Assembly: GCF_018977255.1 (NCBI RefSeq)
Contig: NW_024704742.1
Coordinates: 96,598,001 to 96,662,000 of the forward strand
Length of the DNA: 64,000 bases
Direction of reading: 5' to 3'
DNA from: Callorhinchus milii
Taxonomy: Eukaryota
Positions 12,704 to 26,380 of this stretch are shown in pieces. Each line of letters opens with the position of its first letter. The first letter of the stretch is position 1. A program made the translations under genes and the position numbers. Below the pieces are notes generated by a model that saw nothing but the letters and a program-made list of their open reading frames with translations, did not search any database and was not told the DNA's origin.

Positions 12704-12945
12704 TACCTCAGGTGAAAGAATACTGTATTCCAGATCTCACATCTGTTATAGAGAGCACTGCTCAGACTTCACACCTGCACCTCAGACCACTACAAGCAAA
12801 ATCTCGATTGAGGTTATGGCACAGAACTGTTAATGGAACCAAACTCATACAACAATGGTTGAATAGCTTGTTTCATTCTGAAATGTCTCCATTTGAGATG
12901 TCTTTTTCATGACTGTCTAATCATTGTTATGCAAGAGTCAGAAAA

Positions 12946-13425
12946 GTCACCCTGGCTCAGTTGGGGCACTGTCACCTCTGAGTCAGAAGTTTGTGGATTC
13001 AAGTCCCACGTGAGGACTTTGAACTCACAGTCTAGGCCGACACTCCAGTGCAGAGTGAGTGCTGCATTGTTGGAGGTGTATTGTTGGAGGACTCTCTCTC
13101 AGCTTCCCCCTTGCAAGTTGGAGGTGCTTTTCTTCAGATAAGATGTTAAACCGAGGTTCCATCTGTCTGGTCAAGTGGACGTTAAAGATTCCATGTCACT
13201 AATTAAAAATAGAAGTCAGTTTCTCCTGTGGTTCTGACCAACAATCCTTGCAAAGTGAGTTATTCACTTCACTGCTGTTTGTCAGATACGCAAATAAATT
13301 GGCTGCTGTGTTTACCTATTACTATACTGTCATTAAAGCACAGTAAATCCTGTGAAATATTTTGAAACATCAAGACCACATGATAAGGCACTCTATCAAA
13401 TGGAAATAGTGTTACATTATTATTA
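12946..13425 (+). mobile_element. DeuSINE-like copy, near full length
   Basis: CCTGGCTCAGTTGG..TCTGAGTCAGAAG..TTCAAGTCCCAC head; TTCAGATAAGATGTTAAACCGAGG Deu core; shared tail. Confidence 0.8.
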
Positions 13426-13499
13426 AAGCTTATTCTTTTAACACTGGGATCATCATTGTTGCTTTCTTCTGCATTGTTTCTAGGGCCTGGGTTGCCCCC

Positions 13500-13775
13500 T
13501 TATGACATTGTAACAAGAGCTGTATGGAATACTCTAGATGTGGCCCGACCAGACCATTGGTCGGGAATCTTAATTAAACTGATTTGGCAATGAAACCAAG
13601 CATTCATTTTGTCTTTATTAATGCTGCTTCACACTCTTTTGATACGGTGAGCGATGAGCCAACTAATACCTCTCTTTCAGCTTCCTCCTTGCAAGTCTAC
13701 CTCATCCATAGAGTACATGTGCCTCCCATTCCTATTTCCTATATACAGGACCTTACATTTATCTGTATTGAATTA
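13500..13775 (-). mobile_element. CR1 RT fragment
   Basis: Homologous to 2095-2260 (GCTGCTTCACACT..GTGAGCGATGAGCCAACTAA). Confidence 0.55.
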
Positions 13776-14149
13776 AAAACGATCTTTGGGAGGAGGATCT
13801 AGCTAACTGTTCCAGAAACTGAACCAGCCCAAATCCTATCATTTGGTGTTTCTATATCTTATCATGCTGTGCTTATACTGCTAGGAACAAACCTGCTTCG
13901 CACCCAGCAGTACAGCAATGTGAAGTGACACATTCAGTTTACATTTCCCATTCCTTACTGCTTAGAATCATAGAATGTTTCTGGTACAAAGGAGGCCATT
14001 CCACCAATCAAGCCTGTGGTAAATTCCTGTGCTGCCCGACTGGATCTATCTGACGTATCCCCATTCCCTTGCTCTTTTCCCACCATCTAATGGGGAAAAA
14101 ATCTGAGGTATTCCTTATTTAATGCTGGTGTAAGGTAACATTGAATAAA

Positions 14150-14395
14150 CCACCATCAGCAGATGAGCTTTCAGGCATTTGGTGCCTGCTCTCTGGAACT
14201 CCATTCCAGGTCTTTCCGACTTACTCTCTCCCTCCCTCCCCTCTCAAGGTACATCTCAAAACGTACCTTTTTGCCTCTGCTTTTGGTCATCTAACCCCTC
14301 CTCACCTCACCCCCAGCTCTGGTACCCAGCCAGAATTGTCAAGCACACTAACATCCTCTCGACATGAAAGATGCTATATAAGTGTATATTGAGTT
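14150..14395 (+). mobile_element. Degenerate L2 3' end
   Basis: Translations ALWNSIP and LKVHLKTYLFASAF, then a decayed tail. Confidence 0.75.
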
Positions 14396-15294
14396 TATTG
14401 GGCTCTATGCTATTTTCTTGGTCATATTTTTATTGCAGCTTTGATCTGCCAAGGAGGCTTGAAACTTGCTCAACCAATAGAATAACTTTTAGTAATTGAT
14501 CCAATTGATCAAAGAAAAGTTATTGTTTTTGGCTGTGGAGAACGCATTTTTCAACCTTACTTGCAGATCAACTTGCAGAACAAAATGTTTGAGTCCTATT
14601 GTATGGCTTAAAATTTATAAAGTAAAAATTGCCCACTTCAGTTGAAGAATTTGGTGACCATCAGGACCTGTGAAGGAAGAAACCATTTACCTGGAGGGGT
14701 ATGCTGTCATCTGGTGATTTACACCGGCAATAAATAAGAAATACCGCAATGTCTACCACAATTTTAGTGTTTTCCAAATATTTATCCAGTTTTCTTTTAG
14801 AGGCAAAGCATTCAGTATTCAAACAAGCTGCATAAAAATAAATTCTTCCAACTTGCCCTTTCCTCTTCCTGTGATAATTCACTGCTCGTTTCCTTCAACG
14901 TATTTCACAGTATTCGACAGTGAATATCATCAGAAAATCTGAATCTGGGCCAGAAAAAACAAACACCCAATATCCTTATTCCTTGGTTGTGTAACTTAGT
15001 GGGCACAGAACAGCAAAGACAGTTATTTGCTTTCATTTCTACCAAAGAACTGGTTACAGTAATGACTCTATAATAACATTAAAACAAAACCTCCATTGAG
15101 ATATCTGGGTGGTGCAGTGGCCTTCAGCACACCTTGGGAGAACAAGCACTGTGTGATATACACCCACTTCATTTGTATTGCAGTGAGTATAAATTGTTCT
15201 GCTCCAAAAACCACTTCCTTCAGGCAGTGTCAGGAACATAGCTCTAGAACGGTTCTGCAGGTGTGCTAGTGAATTACTATTAAATGTATGAACC

Positions 15295-15424
15295 CAGTAT
15301 TAATGTGACAACACAGCATTAATGTGGCATTAATGTAATCCTGCAGCCTTTATATGATAATGCAGCATTAATGTGACAACATTAATTAACATAGCATTAG
15401 TGTTAAATCACAGCATTAATGTAA
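15295..15424. repeat. Degenerate minisatellite of (CA)GCATTAATGT
   Basis: About 6-8 copies of the core with variable short spacers. Confidence 0.8.
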
Positions 15425-16224
15425 CCTTATTCAGATATCATGTTCAATTATTCTACCTAAACAAAATCTCTAAGACCTATAAGAGATCATTTGCAAAATT
15501 GATGCAACTTCGGTAACCTTAAAATACTTTTAATGAACATTGACAAACTGGTCACAAATCACGCTTCAGGCATTTTTAAATCTACTCAAAGAGGATACAG
15601 ATTCAACTTGATGATTGCCTCTGTCTCTAGATGTCCATAATTCAAGAGTTTTCAAGGAGTGTAACTCAAAGAGCTTCAAAATCAGTATCTATGTTAACAT
15701 AGGAGCCTTACTTCACTACTATAAAAGTGGGCTTTATGTAACACTTTATGTACCTTTAGTCCCATATTCAACCTTACATATATCCAAAAAATTCAGTTTC
15801 TTCTTTTCATCCTATGAGATCGAGGGATGAAATTCCACTTGCTGTTAAAGGTACTTACCGTTCATTTATAATAGAGCAATCCCATTACAACTACACATGT
15901 TATGGTCAGTAATTTTATCACTCCGTTGAAGCTCTTTACAGATTTGAAACGATCAGTCCGTTTTCTATCACAAAACATTTTTCCACTAAATTAGTATCAA
16001 ATACCACTAGAATGGTAATAAATCACTTTTTTAAAAAATGTTTTTTATTTTCATTAATCTACATCAAAATCTTCATTATTTTTGTTTGTTTTGTTGCTTT
16101 GAATTTAAAAGCTTTCCCTAGGCTGAGCAGCAAAACTGCTTTCAGTGGAAGAAATACATTTATGGAGAAACACTCAGCATCAAGAAAGCACAAGAAGAGC
16201 AGCACAGAAGCTTCAAAAGCCACA

Positions 16225-16425
16225 GGACTGAAATTGCACCTAGTCATAGTCGACAAGACCATTTTGTCATAAAATTTTAGATCATGCAGAAACATTCTTA
16301 ATTTGGAAGTCAGGTGATATAAACTGCAGAAAACTGGCTTCCAAATTATGACTGAATCCACAAACCAAGCAATATTAAATTTTAAAACAAAATAATCTCA
16401 CAAGATTAGGTGCAATTTTCAATCT
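16225..16425. mobile_element. Palindromic MITE
   Basis: TIRs GACTGAAATTGCACCTAGTC / GATTAGGTGCAATTTTCAATC; inner IR TAATTTGGAAG / CTTCCAAATTA. Confidence 0.75.
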
Positions 16426-17145
16426 CACATTTCTTGAACCGAACTGAATAGATACAGCCTCAAGGCTTCAGAACTACGCTGTTTGAGAACCAATTCTTCA
16501 TTTCTGCTGCTGAAAAGCTATTGTTGTCATCAAACAATTAATCTTCACCGTACCTTTCCCTTTTCCCATTGCATTTTCCATTTCCATAAAACATTGCCCT
16601 CCCTGTGCAGTAAATCTATTTTAATTTGTACACTAGGAACAGAATTATTTAATGTAAGCATATCCTAAATTGTAGTAAATAACTTGCAGTGCAACCAATA
16701 TTTGAAAAAGATACATTTCAAGTTATTATCACAAAACTCTGGTCCCCTTATTTTACTGCCAGTTACACTCCACAACAAGAGTGAAGTAACCACACATTGC
16801 ACCGCACTCCCGTCCCCCCACCCCCCCCCCCCCCCCACCCCCATCACCCCGACTTCATCTCAATCTAGATGCAATTAACACCAATATTGCATTACTGTCA
16901 ATTGCACCTTTTGGCCTGCAACTTAGCAACATCAGAGTGAACAGTATATTCAGTACCGATCAGTGATCTTTGTATTGGATAAATACAGATATCAGTCAGC
17001 CAGTGATGGATAATGAAGGGGATGGTGGTGAGGAGGAGGTGGCTAATAAAGGCTAAATGACGGTAGGAGGAAATCTGTTCAAGCTAATTTTGTGGTCTAA
17101 GTGAGAGTGTTGTTTCATCAGTGCATATCACACAAGCACTTGTTT

Positions 17146-17240
17146 ATAATCCTTGCATTTGATATAACACCTTATCACGTTGTCGACACATTTCAAAGCT
17201 CTTCGCAGGATGTACTGTGAAGTGTAGTGACTGTCTCTTT
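17146..17240 (-). mobile_element. SINE tail fragment
   Basis: TAATCCTTGCATTTGATATAACACCTTATCACG. Confidence 0.7.
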
Positions 17241-18039
17241 GTAGGAACCTTGTACTTTTTATGGTCAGTATGCATGTTGAATTGAAGTCTATCAATGGAT
17301 CCAAAGCAACAAAAAAAATCTGCATTCAAAAAAGTAGGGATAACTCAAGGTTTTGTTAATAAAGTGGCAAATTGACAGATTCAGTTATTATGGGGGTTTC
17401 CATCTTAAAGTTAGGAAAGGCTGTGTACTTGAAAAGCAGTATTTGGGCTCCACAAGATTCAAATGGACTGTAAATTGTAAATCTGTCACAGGGTCTTAAC
17501 GTGGTAAATGAGCAATAAAATGATGAGCACTTTGTAATATTAAAAAATAGTTGCTTCACAAGGAAGATTAAATTTGCAGTGGATTTTTATTAACCTATAC
17601 TGTAGCTGACTGGAAGTAATTCATAGCTTGGTAAAATTCATGTTTTTTTTATATATGGCATTTAAATTTACCATTACAAGGGCACAACCTTGATCACAGA
17701 AAGTTGCTGCATTGCAAATGTAACATTCAATAACTGCTTGAAGGTAACTTTTAAAAAGTTGAGCTAATAAACTTCATTGATGAGGAGGAGATTAAAAGTT
17801 AAATAGTTAGATGCTGTAGAAATTCACTAATGAATTGTTATATTAATTATTACTTCTCATGGATCGTGACTTGGCCCTTTTCTGCATAATGATGTTTCTA
17901 AGCCCTCTATGTCTTAAAAATTATTAAGAATTTTAATTTTGAAATTGTTTCCAGTTTTTAACACAAACATATTATGTTAAATTTCTCTCTGAATTTAATG
18001 GAGAGTTTGGAATCCTTCAATATTTCCCAGTTATCAGAA

Positions 18040-18300
18040 TGCCCGTTGCCCTTCAAGACAAATGCTTAAGATCCCATGGCAATTTTTGCTTGAAAAGAAA
18101 AAGGAGTTCCTCCTAGCGTCTTGGCCAACAATCTCCTACATAAAATCAGACATACACTTTATGGCTGTTTGTGGGACATTGCTGTGTGCATATTGGCTGC
18201 CGCCTACAAAGTCACTACACTTTACAATGAATTCAGTGAAACACTTTGAGACATTTTGATGATGTGACAAGATGCTCTATCAAATTCAGTATTATTATTC
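18040..18300 (+). mobile_element. DeuSINE-like 3' part
   Basis: AAGATCCCATGGCA..GGAGTTC..TGGCCAACA..GGCTGTTTGTGGGACATTGCTGTG. Confidence 0.75.
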
Positions 18301-20794
18301 ATATGGTATAATGTACCTCGGAAATGTATACATACATTTATGTGGAATAGGCAAAGCTCCACAGATTCCTACTGTAAATTGTCTTTGGAAATACCTGAAA
18401 CTCTGTCTTCCTTAAACTCGTAGAGACTACAATCCCTCAACGTGGGCGATATTTAGCTAAACCTTTCTCAGGAAGTTACAGTAAAGTCAAAACACAGGCT
18501 AAAGCCTGACTATGCTTGGGAAAGATGAATGCAGACAGAGAATACAATTCTTGTAATAAGTGCTAACCTGTGAATAAATTGTTTTTTGGGGGGAGGATAT
18601 TTCACCCTAAAGAAAGAAAAAAACGCACAATTGATAAATTGTTTTTGCCTCAACATTTATAACCTGCAACAAGTGATATTATCCTATGAGTAGCTCAAAA
18701 GACCATGGGGAGTGCTGAAAAGATGTAATCCCCAAGAAATGTCCAAGCTCAATGCTCCTTTTTTTCAGCAGTGTCCATTTATTTGGTCTAATCCAGATGT
18801 GATGACTGATGCAGTCATTATGATGTTCTGTGTCATGACCTCCAGCAAAATGGAACGCCATGTCACCCTGATCTATTATTTTGCTTTCAGTATTTGCTCA
18901 ATAAACATGGCTAAAATGGAGTGGCTATGCGATAGCACTTTATCATTAGAAGTGTGCCACTATTATTTTATGGGGCCACAATGCAAAGCAATACAGCAAT
19001 GCTTCCACAGAATAATAGTAAAACACTCCCCAGTTTAGACAAAAAAAATCTGCTGCTGTGACAAGCAGGCCAACAACATCCCTTGCTGTTCACACAGCCC
19101 TCAGGCTACCAAACGGATTCAGTTTCCCCCTTCAACATTCAGCTCTCTGTAGAATATTCATCCTAGATATGCTATTTCCTGTGTGAGAATCAAACACTCT
19201 GGAGAGGGAAAGATGGGGTGAAAGATCATAGGATTAACAAACTGAGGTAACCTTGCATAATAACTGTGAGTACTAAACGTTTCTTTTGTTGTTTAAAAAA
19301 AGAATCAGTGCCTTGTGGTAAACTGGTAAAAGTGAAATGACCCACAAGAAAAAAATGCATCTCTGTCAAAGTAATTAAGCTTGAAATGTTGGGTGAGAAG
19401 AATAACATGTATCTATATCCATTCAGATATTATTATATGGATTTACAAATGTAAGGCAAAAATCTGTAAATTAAAAAAATGATATTTGTCAAAACCTTGG
19501 AAGCCAGAAATAACATGTACTTTAAACCTACTTAACAAGCACAATATATATATATATATTATATATACTTAAACTCCCATTTCTATTCTTTCTAAAAGCC
19601 CAAATCTTTTATCACGCCGCTTCCTTTCTTTTATTATAAATATCTTCTCTTCAAATGAATGTTATGGAAATGGATAATAAGCATCCCTACAAGATCAATT
19701 TCTAATCTCTATGAATATTAATCCACCTCGTATGAAAGAATAAAAAAATTATGACACCCTGCAGACTGGCAGACTGCCTTCCATCAGAAAAAAAATGGGT
19801 CATTAATTTTTAAAAAGGAAACATTCATTATTATGCTTTCTTAGACAAGACTTTGATTTTTTTTAAATGAAATTATGACCTTAATTTACCTTTTGATAAT
19901 GAACATTGGTAATACTAAACAGGCTCATGCATATACTATTAACAGTCAGAGAGGTGCAGGTCTAAGTACAGAATTATGTCTGATCAATAGCTATTTAATG
20001 TCTGGTTTGCATGTCTTTAAAGGACAAGGGCTAGGAATGGACTGTTTAACATTCCAGTCACATGACACCTGAGGAGAATAAATCAGTTGCACAGCAAGAC
20101 ACCACACAACTAATTTTCATGTAAAAGGGTGATTGCCTTTTTGCCGTTGTGATGTTTTTCAAAGCTGTTTAAGCACAAACATCCTCATCTATTGGATATG
20201 AATTATTAATAAAAAAGGAGGCAAGCTTTCTTTTTCTAAACACCATCCACAGACTGAAGTGCTTAAAGGGATTCCTGATTTACATAGTCCCAGTTGGAGT
20301 TTAATGAACACTGCCGGGCCACCCTTCAACATGGAAATGAGCCTTCATGTATTTTAAGCAGGGAATCTTTTTGCTGGCAATTTATTCACCTAAGATCTAA
20401 AGTTTTTGACACAACGTGCATCAGATAAACTGTCGCCTAAATTGCAAACTAATTAGCGATTCAAACATTTGCAAGCTGATTGCTGACAGAATAATTTACA
20501 CTTGTTTCTCAGCTTCCAGCTGGCACAGTCTGGTGACTTGAGCCCTAATTAACGCTGGTACATCATTCATGTTCTGTCATACCAGTACATACAATTAAAA
20601 GGTACTTTCAATGAAATCTCAAATAAAAAGGGCTACCGAGTGCAAATGTGTGGAGATGAGGGTTGTTTACACTGAGGACCTGAGACAGCTCATTCCAAGG
20701 AACAAACAGCATTTCCAATCGTTGGTATGTTAAAACGCCTTTATTATTCAAGCTGGTAATGTCATTTTTTCAAAAAAAGGATATATTTTATATA

Positions 20795-20945
20795 TTAATA
20801 ATAATCCTTGAATTTGATATAGCGCTTTTCACATCAAGAAGACGTCTCAAATCACTTCACTGGAATTATTGTAAAGCGAAGTGACTGTATTTTGTAAGCA
20901 AATGCAGCAGCCAGATTGCACATGGCGATATCCCACAAACAGCCA
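20795..20945 (-). mobile_element. SINE 3' fragment
   Basis: Shared 3' module with (AAT)n. Confidence 0.75.
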
Positions 20946-21343
20946 AGAAGTCAGCAACCGTGTAGCATTCCTGCATTTGATCCTACTGCTCCTTTGTGTG
21001 TTCTGATAAATATCAAAGAATTATGGTGCATCCCCCCCCTCCCCATGAGTGTTGTAGGATCTGATTGGGCTTGTGCCAAAACGCTCACAAATTCAATGGC
21101 CACAGTGTACCCTTATACTTTAAGCGTTAATGAAGGGTGTATCTCCAGCAAAGGTGAATTAAGCAGTTCTTTCATAAATGTGAAAGACCCATAGCTAGCA
21201 AGGGCCAATGTTACTTCACTACGTGAAGAAATGCCTAGAATGCATCGTTGCCAATAAAGTGTTCTATTTATTGTGTGGGCATGTTCATATCCTTAGAGAT
21301 GTTAATTCCACTAATTTTCCCCTCACTCTTCAAAGTGCTAAGT

Positions 21344-21675
21344 CAGCGTTTCTCAAATGCAGCCACCCATAGGATTCTGTGTGGCATAGCAGTTCCCCAG
21401 CTAGGGGAATGGAGAGTATGTGTGCGTGGAGGGTAGGTAGCTATGCCAGTTCGAGTGCATTGGGCCCACTGTTGTGGAGGGTGTGGCCGAGCTACACCTC
21501 CCAGAGAGCGCCACAAGGGTGGGCAGCCGGTTGGGCATGAGCACGCTCTCCCTCCCTCTCTGTCTCTCCCTGTGCACCAGCTGTCTAGAGAAGGGGGGAA
21601 GTGACAGTTTATGAAAAGTCACACTGTGACCACCAGTAAGTGTTGGTGGCCATAAAATTTGTTCGAAAACCACTG
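21344..21675. mobile_element. Non-autonomous hAT (Charlie-like) DNA transposon
   Basis: Termini CAGCGTTTCTCAAA / TCGAAAACCACTG; flanking 8-mers TGCTAAGT (21336-43) and TGCTACCT (21676-83), 6/8 identical, consistent with a decayed 8-bp TSD. Confidence 0.6.
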
Positions 21676-21909
21676 TGCTACCTCATGTTGGCATGTGGTT
21701 CTGCAGGCCACGTGGTCACCTAATGAGTGCAGGTTAGCTATTTGATCACCGAGGGCATTACAACTGGGACATAATCAGTCCTCACCTGGCACCCATCCAC
21801 ATGCAATTTCTTATAGGGGTCACTTGGCAATGATCAGGGCTGTGAAGTCAGATGACTTTCCTCTCACGCAACCCTCGCACTCCTACTCCACCCCTAATTG
21901 ATATCAAAG

Positions 21910-22320
21910 TGTCACCTGCCAACCTGGCTCAGGTAGCAGCATTGTTGCCACTGGGTCAAATGATTGTGGACTCAATTCAGGACTTTGAGATCATAATTTA
22001 GGCTGACACTCCATTGCAGTAGTGGGGGACTGCTGCATTGTCACAGGTGCCGTCCTTTGGATGAAACATTGAACTGAAGTTCCGCCTCCCAGTTCAGGTG
22101 AGTATTAAAGATCCCATTGGCACGATTTGAAAAGAGAAGGAGGTTTCTCCAGATATTCTGGCCAACAATCTACCATTCAATGCATGGCTATTTGTGGGAC
22201 ATTGCTGTGCGCAAATTGGCTGTCACATTAACCTATAAATATACAGTCACTGAACTTTACATAATCTTTGTGAAGTGCTTTCACACTTTATAGGAGCAAT
22301 ATCAAATGCAACGCTCATTA
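21910..22320 (+). mobile_element. DeuSINE-like copy, near full length
   Basis: CCTGGCTCAGGTAGCA head, GGTGCCGTCCTTTGGATGAAACATTGAAC Deu core, shared tail. Confidence 0.8.
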
Positions 22321-22489
22321 ATTCCTGCAGGTCAGGTCCTCAGGGAACAACATAGCAGTTTTACACCATAGGTTTGTCTCTGGAGTAAAATTATACTGTA
22401 AAGTGGCCAGTTGACCTTCTTCCAGCTTTCCAACCAGTTGTGAGTGGTGAACCAGAAGTTGATCCAATCAGCACAGTAATGTTCTCTCC

Positions 22490-22790
22490 TACTCTTCTGA
22501 AGCTGTTGACCTATGATGTGTATCTTTCCACAGATGCCTGCATCCCATATTCTGTTACATTGCTCAAGTGGCCATTCTTCACTGGTGAGTCTCGATAGTA
22601 TCAACAGGCCATTGAATTGTGGAAAGGATCGCAGCTGATCCCGAACCTGTTCTAATCCATTCCAGTCCGAAGTCTCCAGCAGACTCACTAGAGAGCGATC
22701 AGGGGCAGAAACCCTGGCTATATGTTCACATCCCTTGCCCAGGATAGACCAACTGTAGCATCCCAACTGCTGCCTTGGCTGATGTTAAAC
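22490..22790 (-). mobile_element. Ancient SINE-like family copy (same family as 8512)
   Basis: Reverse strand: CAGCCAAGGCAGCAGTTGGGATGCTACAGTTGG..AGCCAGGGTTTCTGCCCCTGATCGCT..GAAGAATGGCCACTTG. Explains the 144-aa ORF. Confidence 0.6.
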
Positions 22791-24504
22791 AGTTCAGAAA
22801 AGCTGAGCAATAAAACTATGACCTTCAGGTCTGTAAAGCTAAGACATTCACTAGGCCATCTCTTTAGCTACTGGGCTATTACGCTAAAAAAAAATCTAAT
22901 GAGAAAATTTTCTAGTTCTTCTCAGATCTTTTTGACCATAATTTTTCCCTGAAAAGTTTGTTGTTTGTTACACATAAGAGGCACGCAGCTGCCAAATCAA
23001 GAGCATGAGCAGTGATTTAGATTGGATACTTCTGCTAGGGAACTAGACCAAGACCTCTAACGTAAAAGAGAGGGGGAAAAAAACCTTTGCACGGAGATAT
23101 CTATTTATACTTTTCAACTGATTTTCAGACCCTTAGGTGGCCGTAGCAAGAAGCCCATAGCAATGTCACATGGAATTCCTCAGTGGGAACAATATAGACA
23201 GAAGTGGAAGAAATTGATTTGAAATGGATAAGGACATGTAACCACTAAGGTGTTTGAGCTACCAAATTCAAGGGTAAGACCCTAATTTCCTTTCCCTTCC
23301 AGTACTGAGTGTCCTTTGCAGTTTTCAAGAGAGAGCTGTCATGTTCCATCCACGGGAATCATGCTCTGCACATTCCTACTACTGACGCTCTGAAAGAAAC
23401 ATGAGAAAAATGGACAGAACTCGAGATGCATTTAACTCATGGTATTGCCAGAATAAGGTGTATATACTATATCCAAAAAAAATATTTTTGTTAAATTTGT
23501 ACTGTGGTGCTGAAATCCTTCAGCACTCAAAGCTTTAATAACAGATTTATAATCCTGATTGTCCCCTGATCTCCGCAGTGTACAGGGACACCACTGATAT
23601 CATTCCAACTCGAGTCTCCACAGATCCAATTGTCCCAAATTCCCAATACCTCAGTAACCTTGCATCAGATAGAGAAGTAGTGAATGGGATTAGCTTGGAT
23701 TAGAAGGATCTATGTTTATAAAGACACTAATTAAAATGTTGACTGCAGCAAGAAAATATTAATCAGGTATCAAAATTGATATGCATTGCAAGCCAGTCTT
23801 GATAAGGTCTTTATCTCATCCCTGAGCTACCTGCTGTGCGAGTGGGGACCGGGTTGGGACAGAGAGACGGTTTAATTTTCCATACATTGTAATGAAATAG
23901 TTGGCAAAATCTGGAATGACTGATTAAATTCTAGAAATCACATCAAAACAAATAGCACTGTTTAAAAATAGCCTGTTTAATAAACAAGGCGGTTCGTAAA
24001 GGTTATAAGAAATTATATCATGTTTGTCATGAATACTTCCCAGAAGTTTTCAGATGTTATCACTGATCTAAGCATATGGATGGGACTTACCAATAATACA
24101 TCACTGTAAGAAAAGGATTGAAATTACATATAGTCGAAAAATTAATAATTCATTATTATGAATAAATAATGGCAAAATTGTTGCAGTCAATGCAACAATC
24201 CACTGAACAGATATCGTTGCATTACATTATTAACCCAATTTAAGATTTATGCCTTATTATTCAGGGAAAGGAAGTAACCTTAGTAAATGTTGACTGTTCT
24301 AACCATTGTCTGTAAGTAGTGTTTCTTCCTCTATAATACTGTATGTACAAAGCGTTTACTTTTTTTTACACCAAACTCAAGTGAAGTTAAAAATAGGATT
24401 ACCATCTTGTTCTAATACCAATTGGAAAAGGGTCCTTTCCTATTGTTTGTGCTATCATGTCTTTATTATCTTTATCTATTAGCTATTATTTCGCCCACAA
24501 GTTG

Positions 24505-24623
24505 GCATTTCGCCCACAAAATATACAGTCAATTCACTTTACAGTATATTCTGTAACGTGCTTTGAGACGTCTCAAAGAAGTGATAAGGCGCTATATCAA
24601 ATGCAAGGATTATTATTATTATT
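24505..24623 (+). mobile_element. SINE 3' fragment (long-subfamily tail)
   Basis: TTTCGCCCACAAAATATACAGTCAATTCAC...GAGACGTCTCAAAGA..GATAAGGCGCT. Confidence 0.85.
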
Positions 24624-24961
24624 AGCAATTCTTTACTCTTACATGGCATGTTAGGAGTGAGCAGAAAATCACAGATTATTCAAGAAGTTGTTACATTTTA
24701 TACACTTACATTTTTGTTTGTACAATTCATTATATAAAAATAGGCTGGTAATACCTTATGGAACTTATAGTTCATGATGTTCAATACCATGAAACACACA
24801 ATTTGTGAGATCCTACGTGACACAGCAGAAGCTTCATCTTCAAAGGAAAAGACAGGCGCAACATCAAAGAAATCTGCCGCTACCAAGGGAAAACAAACAA
24901 AAACTATTTATATGAAAAATTCATTATCTACTACATAATAATGCCAGATGCTTCAGTGAAT

Positions 24962-25055
24962 TTAAGACAATAATCCAATTGAGGGGTTCAGATGAGGAAT
25001 GTAAACCACTCATCTGAAGTCACCTGAACCCCTCGATTGGATTTCTCTTATAAGC
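24962..25055. repeat. Hairpin element, possibly Crypton/Eulor-like
   Basis: 24972-24995 pairs with 25020-25043 at 22/24; alternative perfect 10-bp stem 24987-24996 / 25009-25018. Confidence 0.6.
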
Positions 25056-25799
25056 CACAGAGATATATCCAATGTCTCTTATTTATAATTCTCTACCTTC
25101 CATTTTATTTTTTTATTTTCCTTTCTTCTGGTAAAAACGGCTTTCACAGAGTAGTGACAAAATCACTGTTGAGTTATGTGATCTTTCACGTTTGTGACAT
25201 ATTTACAGTATAGGATGTGAAAATTCCTCCGGCCTGGTCTGATAACCTCTTTTTATTTTCATTTCAAAACCGTCTTTTTCCCCCAAGAGGGCTCTACACT
25301 ATAAAAGTTTCCATTAAAGCTATAGTACCTCTTCAATTTTAAAGGCATATGCCCGCACAGCCTTATTGAGTTTGTTATCAATTGTGCAAGTGTCCACCTT
25401 TGCTAGCATTTACTAACATATTAGTTCTTATAAAAAAAGGGATTTGATTTTGGATTATTAGCTCAGAACAAAGAAGAGTGAAAAATAACACTGGTGTATT
25501 AAAAATTGAACAGCTTGGCCTGAATTTTCAGTTAACTCTTCGAGTGCTGAATGTCTTTTATGACAGACAAATATTCACCTTGTTCTTGTCAACAGAACAC
25601 CTGCAAAAATGCATTCTCTGTGAAGTCTCCGGGGTGGCAATCAAATGTGCATTTGAGTTGAAGACATATGAAGAATCACAGATGAGCTCCAACATTTGAA
25701 TAAACTAAAATCTTAGAAACTTGTGAAATGTTATAGGCTGGATCAGTAAATCCTACTTCAGAATGTTAGAGATAAAGTGTTTGCAGCAGCTCTGCACTA

Positions 25800-26380
25800 T
25801 CACAAGATCACATAGAAGTTTGCATGAAGAAGGCCCTTTGCTCCATTTGATTTCATTCTTCCCGAAAATACCCACCTTTCTGTCTTTCCACCACAGCAAG
25901 TTGTTTTTTTTCAAATGAGTGCAGCATCATAGTTTCATGAACTCTTTATTGATAACCTGTTCCAGTTACTAATAGCCCCCAGGGTAAAGAAATATTTCCT
26001 GGTATCTGTCATAAAATTGCCCTTTGCAATCCTAAACTCGGGTCCTCTTCTTCTGCTGTCTCAGTGCACTCTTTTGACATGGTGAATGATTAGTCAAACT
26101 AACATTCCCAGATCTCTTCCAGCTATAATAGTGTTTTTTTTGCTCAAAACTGAAAGAAGTTGGTCGTATGATCATAAAAAAAGGATAGATAAAAAAGACT
26201 CTTCAACCCATTTCATCTCCTCCTTGCAGAATATTCACCAGTGTTCTGGCTATCCCACTTCTAGTGATGCTATAGATTACCTTCTGTGTAAAGAATTATT
26301 TATTGGTGTCTGTCCTACATTTGCCCTTCACAACCTTTACCAATGACCTCCTGTCCTGTTGCTTTGGTGGCTTTTAAAAC
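25800..26380 (-). mobile_element. Two degenerate CR1 3' ends in tandem
   Basis: CACAAGATCACATAG..CCTTTGCTCCAT..TTCCAGTT..GTAAAGAAATATTTCCTG pattern present twice. Confidence 0.5.

Noticed and set aside
15295..15424. CRISPR-like repeat-spacer array
   Set aside because: Repeats are about 10 nt, spacers are short and irregular, the context is eukaryotic and there are no cas genes.
22332..22766. 144-aa minus-strand ORF
   Set aside because: Overlaps an ancient SINE-like repeat and shows no protein similarity.
24698..24886. Minus-strand exon candidate (ADFFDVAPVFSFEDE...)
   Set aside because: Plausible acceptor but a weak donor and no recognisable protein; unsupported without a search.
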